Shown here: positions 39,539 to 51,500 of the stretch, piece after piece
Layout of the letters: every line of letters starts with the position of its first letter
Numbering within the stretch: position 1 is the stretch's first letter
The notes under the pieces: model-generated
Told to the model about the DNA's origin: nothing
The model's input: the letters and a program-made list of their open reading frames with translations, nothing else
The model's database searches: none
NCBI GenBank assembly: GCA_051362555.1
Contig: CM120640.1
Location: forward strand, 54,042,788 to 54,106,787
Direction: 5' to 3'
DNA from: Lingula anatina
Taxonomy: Eukaryota > Animalia > Brachiopoda
DNA length: 64,000 nucleotides
Translations under genes and position numbers: made by a program

Positions 39539-42500
39539 ATCAAATCATTGCATACCATACCTAGTGCTTGAGAAAATGATGAATAAAAAGAAACTTGTCA
39601 TTTTCTCAAGCACTAGGTATGGCATGCAATAATTTGATACCCTACACCAACATGTAGTATTATTTGATCTTCTAACTTGTTTGAGGTTGTGGAAAATTGA
39701 GATCAATCTTGTAAAAGCCTTTAACTTTTTATCTATGCTATAAGATCCCCAGAAGTTATCTAGACCTGCAGAGGATAGTTGAAGCGGTTGAGCAGAATGA
39801 GTCCCAAGTCCCAGTGCTGGACCAAGACCAGTTCAACAGACTTCTCAGTCAAGTGCCCAACAGTGACATCAACACAGACGAGGATGTGGAACTCGGTAAG
39901 AACACGTAGCTCAAATTTTAGCTTACCCTCAGCAAAGAATGTTGTATGCCAAAGGATACTTTACTTTAAAAAGAGAGAAATTTTTCATAGTTGATTAATA
40001 TTAATCTGATGGAAAATGCACTGTTTGTCTAAGAAAAAAAGTAAGTGATCAATTATTATATCAGAGTTCTTGTTCTACTAGATGGTGAATTGGTTAGACT
40101 TACTGAAAAATTATGTTGATGTATGATAAGTAATCTACAGCTACACAGTCCTTTATTAGATTTTACTGACAAAACTTCTGCTTGTTTATGATGGTGCAGC
40201 TGATGTGTGACATGAACTTTCTTGTCCTGTTCCCAAATAATCAAAACCCTTTCCCTACTACTTGCTTGAATTAAGGTACTCCAGTTTATTCCAGATATGG
40301 CTAGTTATAATTGTACCACCAGCGTTAGCGCTGGCGGTACACATGGTTTCGGTCTCGTCCGGATCGTTCCGCCGGCTCCGCCGGCTCCGCCGGCTCCGCC
40401 GGTTCCGCCGGCTCCGCCGGCTCCGCCGGACGGCTACCGTTACCGCTTCTCCTCCTAGACGGTAAGGCCCCCCATACCCATCTCATGGATTTAGGTCACC
40501 TATAATCTCAACTCGTTCCACGTAAAATTTGGGCTTTGTCGGTATTGGGGTCTGGGTGTGGCACTCATTGCAATGCACCCTTGTCTAAAAATGGCAAAAT
40601 TAAATGCTAATTATCTACCCTACGGAAGGAGTTATGGGAAAAATTTCTATAGACGGCTTTCCAAAAGTCATATGTGTAGATTTCAAATATACCCTTGGAT
40701 TTGACCTTTGACCTTTACTTCAAGGTCAAATGGGCCAAAATTTTCAAAAAAATGAAATTTTTTACGAAAAAAATTTTTTTTGCCCTGTTATTCAGACACC
40801 ACACAGACTTAACCAATAATATTATTGGAAAGTGTTACCCTTCAGGTCATCTTTCATCTCCATGAATTTGGGGTCAATCGGTGCATTTTCACGGGAGTAG
40901 CGGCCATAAGATACCGAAACTGAAAACTGTCTCTAATTCGGGAACCGTTAATGCTAGAGACCCATTCTTTTTTGCATTTTGTAGAGCATGTAAAGCCCAA
41001 CACTGGAGGTGGTCTCGGTTTTTTTGTATTCCATACGGTTTTCGAGTTACGCTGTATCAAAAAGTACATATTGGTGGTAAAAGCAAAATGTGCAGTACGG
41101 TAATGGATAATAAATTTTGAACTCTGGAAAAATAAAACATTAGGCTTGGCAAAGCAGACAACTTGTGTTCAAAAATGACATTATTTCATCAAATTTGAAC
41201 TTCTGAAACTTCAGAGCACCTCTTATTTCAAGAATTTTGACCAAAATGACATTTTCTTTATTTTAATTAATTTTTTCTGTACGAAATTTAAGGCACATTA
41301 TGGTAACTCCAAAATTATAACATTTAGTCCCTTATATCTCCAAAACTGGCAGAGATAGGTCTATAGTTACTATTGAAGTTGAATAGGAAGTCATATACTG
41401 GCAATCTATATGTGACCTTAAAATTGACCTTTGACCTACTTTTCACCATGAACTGAACTTTGCAAATTTTTCTTCCCTTTTATCTCCAAAACTGGCAGAG
41501 ATAGGTCCATAGTTACTATTGAACTTGAATAGGAAGTCATATACTGGCAATCTATATGTGACCTTAAAATTGACCTTTGACCTACTTTTCACCATGAACT
41601 GAACTTTGCAAATTTTTCTTCCATTTTATCGCCAAAACTGGCAGAGATAGGTCCATAGTTACTATTGAACTTGAATAGGAAGTCATATACTGGCAATCTA
41701 TATGTGACCTTAAAATTGACCTTTGACCTACTTTTCACCATGAACTGAACTTTGCAAATTTTTCTTCCATTTTATCGCCAAAACTGGCAGAGATAGGTCC
41801 ATAGTTACTATTGAACTTGAATAGGAAGTCATATACTGGCAATCTATATGTGACCTTAAAATTGACCTTTGACCTACTTTTCACCATGAACTGAACTTTG
41901 CAAATTTTTCTTCCCTTTTATCTCCAAAACTGTCAGAGATAGGTCCATAGTTACTATTGAACTTGAATAGGAAGTCATATACTGGCAATCTAAATGTGAC
42001 CTTAAAATTGACCTTTGACCTACTTTTCACCATGAACTGAACTTTGCAAATTTTGCTTCCCTTTTATCTCCAAAACTGGCAGAGATAGGTCCATAGTTAC
42101 TATTGAACTTGAATAGGAAGTCATATACTGGCAATCTAAATGTGACCTTAAAATTGACCTTTGACCTACTTTTCACTATGAACTGAACTTTGCAAATTTT
42201 GCTTCCCTTTTATCTCCAAAACTGGCAGAGATAGGTCCATAGTTACTATTGAACTTGAATAGGAAGTCATATACTGGCAATATAAATGTGACCTTAAAAT
42301 TGACCTTTGACCTACTTTTCACCATGAACTGAACTTTGCATGTAAAGCCCAATACTGGAGGTGGTCTCGGTTTTTTTGTATTCCATACGGTTTTCGAGTT
42401 ACGCTGTATCAAAAAGTACATATTGGTGGTAAAAGCAAAATGTGCAGTACGGTAATGGATAATAAATTTTGAACTCTGGAAAAATAAAACATAAGGCTTG

Positions 42501-45500
42501 GCAAAGCAGACAACTTGTGTTCAAAACTGACATTATTTCATCAAACTTGAACTTTTGAAACTTCAGAGCACCTCCTATTTCAAGAATTTTGACCAAAATG
42601 ACATTTTCTTTATTTTAATTAATTTTTTCTGTTCGAAATTTAAGGCACATTATGGTAACTCCAAAATTATAACATCTAGTCCCTTATATCTCCAAAACTG
42701 GCAGAGATAGGTCCATAGTTACTATTGAACTTGAATAGGAAGTCATATACTGGCAATATAAATGTGACCTTAAAATTGACCTTTGACCTACTTTTCACCA
42801 TGAACTGAACTTTGCAAATTTTGCTTCCCTTTTGTCTCCAAAACTGGCAGAGATAGGTCCATAGTTACTATTGAACTTGAATAGGAAGTCATATACTGGC
42901 AATCTAAATGTGACCTTAAAATTGACCTTTGACCTACTTTTCACCATGAACTGAACATTGCAAATTTTGCTTCCCTTTTATCTCCAAAACTGGCAGAGAT
43001 AGGTCCGTAGTTTCTATTGGACTTGAATAGGAAGTCATATACTGGCAATCTTACTGTGACCTTGAAATTGACCTTTGACCTACTTTTCACCATGAACTGA
43101 ACTTTGCAAATTTTGGTTTCCTTTTATCTCCAAAACTGGCTGAGATAGGTCCGTAGTTACTATTGGACTTGAATAGGAAGTCATATACTGGCAATCTATA
43201 TGTGACCTTCAAATTGACCTTTGACCTACTTATAATCATGAACTGAACTCTGCTAATTTCTTTCTCTTTTAACTCCAAACCTGGCAGAGATAGGTCCATA
43301 GTTACTATTGAAGTTGAATAGGAAGTCATATACTGGCAATTTACTGCGACCTTGAAATTGACCTTTGACCTACCTTACGATGAACTTAACTTTGATTGTA
43401 CCATTTTAAGTTATATATATTTTTTGCGTATTTTGAAAATTCTTGTTGATTGCATTTTTATAGCTTGTCAAGCATAAGACTGGTGGCTGTGTCCCTTATT
43501 TTGTGTATGTGGGGGTCTATACGAATGCGCTTGCTCCAGCTGGTGGTACAATATTCGGAGGCGGTATCGCCTCTCTGATCCTCTAGTTGTACCACCAGCG
43601 TTAGCGCTGGCGGTACACATGGTTTCGGTCCCGTCCGGATCGTTCCGCCGGCTCCGCCGGACGGCTACCGTTACCGCTTCTCCTCCTAGACGGTAAGGGC
43701 CCCCGTACCCATCTCATGGATTTAGGTCACCTATAATCTCAACTCGTTCCACGTAAAATTTGGGCTTTGTCGGTATTGGGGTCTGGGTGTGGCACTCATT
43801 ACAATGCACCCTTGTCTAAAAATGGCAAAATTAAATGCTAATTGTCTACCCTACGGAAGGAGTTATGGGAAAAATTTCTATAGACGGCTTTCCAAAAGTC
43901 ATATGTGTAGATTTCAAATATACCCTTGGATTTGACCTTTGACCTTTACTTCAAGGTCAAATGGGTCAAAATTTTCAAAAAAATGAAATTTTTTACGAAA
44001 AAATTTTTTTTTGCCCTGTTATTCAGACACTATACAGACTTAACCAATAATATTATTGGAAAGTGTTACCCTTCAGGTCATCTTTCATCTCCATGAATTT
44101 GGGGTCAATCGGTGCATTTTCACGGGAGTAGCGGCCATAAGATACCGAAACTGAAAACTGTCTCTAATTCGGGAACCGTTAATGCTAGAGACCCATTCTT
44201 TTTTGCATTTTGTAGAGCATGTAAAGCCCAACACTGGAGGTGGTCTCGGTTTTTTTGTATTCCATACGGTTTTCGAGTTATGCTGTATCAAAAAGTACAT
44301 ATTGGTGGTAAAAGCAAAATGTGCAGTACGGTAATGGATAATAAATTTTGAACTCTGGAAAAATAAAACATAAGGCTTGGCAAAGCAGACAACTTGTGTT
44401 CAAAAATGACATTATTTCATCAAATTTGAACTTCTGAAACTTCAGGGCACCTCCTATTTCAAGAATTTTGACCAAAATGACATTTTCTTTATTTTAATTA
44501 ATTTTTTCTGTACGAAATTTAAGGCACATTATGGTAACTCCAAAATTATAACATTTAGTCCCTTATATCTCCAAAACTGGCAGAGATAGGTCCATAGTTA
44601 CTATTGAAGTTGAATAGGAAGTCATATACTGGCAATCTTACTGTGACCTTGAAATTGACCTTTGACCTACTTTTCACCATGAACTGAACTTTGCAAATTT
44701 TGCTTCCCTTTTATCTCCAAAACTGGCAGAGATAGGTCCATACTTACTATTGAACTTGAATAGGAAGTCATATACTGGCAATCTAAATGTGATCTTAAAA
44801 TTGACCTTTGACCTACTTTTCACCATGAACTGAACTTTGCAAATTTTTCTTCCCTTTTATCTCCAAAACTGGCTGAGATAGGTCCATAGTTAGTATTGAA
44901 CTTGAATAGAAAGTCATATACTGGCAATCTAAATGTGACCTTGAAATTGACCTTTGACCTACTTTTCACCATGAATTGAACTTTGCAAATTTTGCTTCCC
45001 TTTTATCTCCAAAACTGGCAGAGATAGGTCCATAGTTACTATTGAACTTGAATAGGAAGTCATATACTGGCAATCTAAATGTGACCTTGAAATTGACCTT
45101 TGACCTACTTTTCACCATGAATTGAATTTTGCAAATTTTGCTTTCCTTTTATCTCCAAAACTGGCAGAGATAGGTCCATAGTTACTATTGAACTTGAATA
45201 GGAAGTCATATACTGGCAATCTATATGTGACCTTAAAATTGACCTTTGACCTACTTTTCACCATGAACTGAACTTTGCAAATTTTGCCTTCTTTTATCTC
45301 CAAAACTGGCTGAGATAGTTACTATTGAACTTGAATAGGAAGTCATATACTGGCAATCTATATGTGACCTTAAAATTGACCTTTGACCTTCTTTTCACCA
45401 TGAACTGAACTTTGCAAATTTTTCTTCCCTTTTATCTCCAAAACTGGCAGAGATAGGTCCATAGTTACTATCGAACTTGAATAGGAAGTCATATACTGGC

Positions 45501-48500
45501 AATCTAAATGTGACCTTAAAATTGACCTTTGACCTACTTTACACCATGAACTGAATTTTGCAAATTTTGCTTTCCTTTTATCTCCAAAACTGGCTGAGAT
45601 AGGTCCGTAATTACTATTGAACTTGAATAGGAAGTCATATACTGGCAATCTATATGTGACCTTAAAATTGACCTTTGACCTACTTTTCACCATGAACTGA
45701 ACTTTGCAAATTTTTCTTCCCTTTTATCTCCAAAACTGGCAGAGATAGGTCCATAGTTACTATTGAACTTGAATAGGAAGTCATATACTGGCAATCTAAA
45801 TGTGATCTTAAAATTGACCTTTGACCTACTTTTCACCATGAACTGAACTTTGCAAATTTTGCTTCCCTTTTATCTCCAAAACTGGCTGAGATAGGTCCAT
45901 AGTTAGTATTGAACTTGAATAGAAAGTCATATACTGGCAATCTAAATGTGACCTTGAAATTGACCTTTGACCTACTTTTCACCATGAATTGAACTTTGCA
46001 AATTTTGCTTTCCTTTTATCTCCAAAACTGGCAGAGATAGGTCCATAGTTACTATTGAACTTGAATAGGAAGTCATATACTGGCAATCTATATGTGACCT
46101 TAAAATTGACCTTTGACCTACTTTTCACCATGAACTGAACTTTGCAAATTTTGCTTTCCTTTTATCTCCAAAACTGGCTGAGATAGGTCCGTAGTTTCTA
46201 TTGAACTTGAATAGAAAGTCATATACTGGCAATCTAAATGTGACCTTGAAATTGACCTTTGACCTACTTTTCACCATGAATTGAACTTTGCAAATTTTGC
46301 TTTCCTTTTATCTCCAAAACTGGCAGAGATAGGTCCAAAGTTACTATTGAACTTGAATAGGAAGTCATATACTGGCAATCTAAATGTGATCTTAAACTTG
46401 ACCTTTGACCTACTTTTCACCATGAACTGAACTTTGCAAATTTTGCTTCCCTTTTATCTCCAAAACTGGCAGAGATAGGTCCATAGTTACTATTGAACTT
46501 GAATAGGAAGTCATATACTGGCAATATAAATGTGACATTAAAATTGACCTTTGACCTACTTTTCACCATAAACTGAACTTTGCAAATTTTGCTTCCCTTT
46601 TATCTCCAAAACTGGCAAAGATAGGTCCATAGTTACTATTGAACTTGAATAGGAAGTCATATACTGGCAATATAAATGTGACATTAAAATTGACCTTTGA
46701 CCTACTTTTCACCATGAATTGAACTTTGCAAATTTTGCTTTCCTTTTATCTCCAAAACTGGCAGAGATAGGTCCAAAGTTACTATTGAACTTGAATAGGA
46801 AGTCATACACTGGCAATCTAAATGTGACCTTGAAATTGACCTTTGACCTACTTTTCACCATGAATTGAACTTTGCAAATTTTGCTTTCCTTTTATCTCCA
46901 AAACTGGCAGAGATAGGTCCATAGTTACTATTGAACTTGAATAGGAAGTCATATACTGGCAATATAAATGTGACATTAAAATTGACCTTTGACCTACTTT
47001 TCACCATAAACTGAACTTTGCAAATTTTGCTTCCCTTTTATCTCCAAAACTGGCAAAGATAGGTCCATAGTTACTATTGAACTTGAATAGGAAGTCATAT
47101 ACTGGCAATATAAATGTGACATTAAAATTGACCTTTGACCTACTTTTCACCATGACCTGAACTTTGCAAATTTGCTTCCCTTTTATCTCCAAAACTGGCA
47201 GAGATAGGTCCATAGTTACTATTGAAGTTAAATAGGAAGTCATATACTGGCAATCTAAATGTGACCTTAAAATTGACCTTTGACCTACTTTTCACCATGA
47301 ACTGAACTTTGCAAATTTTGCTTTCCTTTTATCTCCAAAACTGGCAGAGATAGGTCCGTAGTTACTATTGAACTTGAATAGGAAGTCATATACTGGCAAT
47401 CTAAATGTGACCTTAAAATTGACCTTTGACCTACTTTTCACCATAAACTGAACTTTGCAAATTTTGCTTCCCTTTTATCTCCAAAACTGGCAGAGATAGG
47501 TCCATAGTTACTATTGAACTTGAATAGGAAGTCATATACTGGCAATCTAAATGTGACCTTAAAATTGACCTTTGACCTACTTTTCACCATGAACTGAACT
47601 TTGCAACTTTTGCTTCCCTTTTATCTCCAAAACTGGCAGAGATAGGTCCAAAGTTACTATTGAACTTGAATAGGAAGTCATATACTGGCAATCTAAATGT
47701 GACCTTAAAATTGACTTTTGACCTACTTTTCACCATGAACTGAATTTTGCAAATTTTGCTTCCCTTTTATCTCCAAAACTGGCAGAGATAGGTCCATAGT
47801 TACTATTGAACTTGAATAGGAAGTCCTATACTGGCAATCTAAGTGTGACCTTGAAATTGACCTTTGACCTACTTTTTATCATGAAGTGAACTCTGCTAAT
47901 TTCTTTCTCTTTTAACTTCAAACTTGACAGAGATAGGTCCATAGTTACTCTTGAACTTGAATAGGAAGTCATATACTGGCAATTTTCTGTGACCTTGAAA
48001 TTGACCCTTGACCTATCTTACAAAGAACTTAAATTTGATTGTACCATATATATTTTTTGCAATAGTTTAAAAATTCTTGTTGATTGCATTTTTACAGCTT
48101 GTCAAGCACAAAACTGGTGGCTGTGTCCCTTATTTTGTGTATGTGGGGGTCTATACGAATGCGCTTGCTCCAGCTGGTGGTACAATATTCGGAGGCAGTA
48201 TCGCTTCTCTGATCCTCTAGTTTTTAATGTAATTTGAAAACAATTAACAGCCTAAAGCCTGTAACAAGGGTGTTTTTGTGTTTCTATATATTATTATTAG
48301 TTACTTATGATATATTCATTGAATTACATATACAGCTGTGAAGTACCTCCATGAGGCAGGTGTACTGTTACATTACCCTGATCAACTGAGGCAGCTCAAT
48401 TCTCTGTACTTCATTGACCCACGCTGGCTGTGTGACATGCTGGCCAATGTCATCACAATCAAGGTAATGGAAGAGCTCTGCTTTCTCCTTATCTTAAGCC

Positions 48501-51500
48501 TACCCGCCCCCAAATATGTAAATGGGTTTATGTGAGTTTGTGTATGTACTTATGACAATATTTATATATTTGCATAAAACTATGGTTCGCATTTCCATTG
48601 ATTTTTGGTATTTGATTTAATTTATATTGATCTATTATTTGAATTGATAAATATTTCATTTTTATTTTTTAATTATGCATGCTTCTATGTTGACAAATTA
48701 TATACAAAACACTTAATCTCTTTACAACTTCAAGCATGGAATGTTTTTATACACTCTAAGCACACTTCTTTGCTCTGTTAATTTGCCCAGCATCATTTCC
48801 AGCTATTAAAAATACAACTATGACAATGAAAATTCTTCAGGCTGTGAATCCAAAAGTAAAAGATGGGATTTTGAAAATACAGGACTTGAAAGCAGTCCTG
48901 AAGCATGACCCACGCTTTCCTATGGAGCTGTTGGACCAGTATATACAGTTGATGGAGAGGTTTGATATTGCTATCAAACTGGACTCAGACAAGTAGGTAT
49001 AGTGTAACTCCTAAGTTTGTCAGTATATATGGATATGGTCTTTGTTTTTAAAGCAACATAGTGTTAGTGGGTACGCATTTGTACTTTCTGATATTACAGT
49101 TGTCATGATGCCTTAGACTTTGCATCACATCCATAGCAACAAAACAATGCAGATGATGAACTTTTCTACTAGTGAGTTTCAGCAGGTGATGAAATTGTTA
49201 GTAGAACACATACATGCTTTTTTATTATTATGACAAGAAATCCAAGAAAGCCTATGAGTAGAATTTGTGAGTGTGTTGTTTTCATAACTTAATAGACAGA
49301 TTGGCCAAATTTTCTAAGATCAAATACAGATTGTCACTGTGGTGTTCAGTAAGTAGTTCATTGTACATGTATCAGACTGAATGAAGGACAATGCATATCT
49401 CTGGAAATGCTTCAAACAGTTAAAGTTCAAAGATAAATTCATACCGCCAATACCATGGGACTATAATGTTCAAATATTCTGAATATGTAGAATATATAAA
49501 CTCAAGTCTAAAGATATGCCAGTTTGGTGTTCTTGTTCATACAGTATTTAACTAGCATTGTGCAATTTCACAATGATTAAGAATTTCTCTCTTTTAAGTT
49601 TACTGCTGCCATCCAAGCTGCCTATACTACGTCCTGGTGTCACTCTGGAGCAGTCCAACTGCCTGCATAGGTTCTATAAGATGTCCTTTATTCCCAGCGG
49701 GTTCTGGAGCCGTCTTGTCACCAGATTGATCATCAGCGTCAGAAGGCTACTGTCCTCACTGGAAAGAACCAAAAGACCATTGTCCACTAGAGGACAGTCA
49801 GAGATCTCAAAGCCTAAAAGAAAATTGGCAAGAACTGTATGGAATGCTACCATGTAAGTGTTTGGTTATCTTTAGCTCATATTATGATTCTTATTGATGG
49901 TTTTCTGTGGTCACCTGTATTTATGATTTAAATTATTAAGTTCCACAGTAGTTAAATAATTTTAAAAATTTGCATACCAGTGTTTATAATTTTTTTTCTT
50001 TTTTGCAATTGTCCGTACTCTTATGAACTTATTTTTGGTCTGGTTATGTGTTTTGAATACAAAATATAAATAGATGTCTTGCTTTTTTCCTAGGCGTCGT
50101 AGAGATCGTGGAGGGCTCATTATAAAGCGCCAGCAAATATTCTACTGGCGGCAGGGTTTCATTGTGACTTTCAGAGGAGGCTATATGTCTGTTGAGTCCA
50201 CAGTAGAAGAGGCATTCCTGGGTGGCCATGCTTATGACTGTTCTGGGGTCTTGATCACTGTGCACAGTACCAGTGATGATTTTGCTTCCATGGGCTTTGT
50301 TACTGATGAAATTGAGACCCTGATAATGGAATGGTTTCCAGGTATATTTGTGTTGGGAAATACTTTGGGGGCAGAGAGTAGAAGAGAATTAGCCAGTGGC
50401 TTCTTCAGGATTTTATTTTAACTAATATATCATTTAAAAAGGTATTTACTTCTTGAACAGTTTGGCTATTAGTAATTATGATAATTAATTTTTGAACAGT
50501 TTGGCTCAGTCCCCAATAATTAAAGCAATAATAACTCTTCCTTTGAGATTCAAAATTCCGCAAGAAATACATTGTAAACAACGCCTGGAAATATATTCTA
50601 TTGCATTTTCCCACTAAAACGACTGTTATTGTAGTAAAACTAAAATCTGTGCTTGTCACTTGGGCTTTCAATGCCTTTTTTTGCGGTCGACAAGTGCATC
50701 TGTTGCCAATGACGTTTAGGTGTCACGCGGATTCTCGCGTTCATTCGAGACCAAAATAACATGGCGGGAAACCCTCAGACGTAAGTTGCGAGTTTTTGTA
50801 CAGTGCGTCGGATAACGAAAAGCCCAGAATTGCACACATTGTAGATATAAATGCATTTTGAGCAAAAAGATGAATATATTTTATGAATCTTATAATATTG
50901 TTATATAGTGTTGTTGTTGTCTGCTTTTCCCGCGGTTTTAAGTAGGTCACCAGAAACTATCGCTCGATACGAGAGGGCTCCGTCAGTTAAAATCTCTTAA
51001 GAGATTTTAACAAAAAACCGTACGTTTAGGGAAAAAACCCTGGATTAACTTTGAATGCAGGAATGGGGTCGTTGACCATTGGTAAGTACGGGAAAATTGC
51101 CGTTTTTTCCAGGAAAATCGTATTTTTGGCCAAAACGAAGAGTTATTATGACTTTAACATTCAGCATTACATAAGTTTTTGCAATAAAATTTTTTCTAAA
51201 ACATGCATTAATTTTAAATTTTGAAACCAGGGTTACTGCAGGCAGACATCCAAAGACTAATCCCTTGCCCAAAATGCTGGGATGGTGGGAAACAAGATGT
51301 TCGACGCACCTCAACACTTGGCAACAATTTCAGTCTAGAGTATTGTGCAATGAAAGCTTATGAAGGGAAAACACATTTAGTATGCCCTGTCCACCCAAAA
51401 AAGGTCAAAGTTCACAACCTTATCCCTGACCTCCTCTTGACAGACCTTCCTGAAAATTTCTTACTGGATGGAGATTATCTCATTAAAGAGGATTTCCTTA

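Noticed and set aside
41330-48030. Regular array could be mistaken for CRISPR or a repeat-protein gene
   Set aside because: Whole units are near-identical with no unique spacers, no cas genes, eukaryotic intron; the short ORFs are recurrent translations of the satellite.
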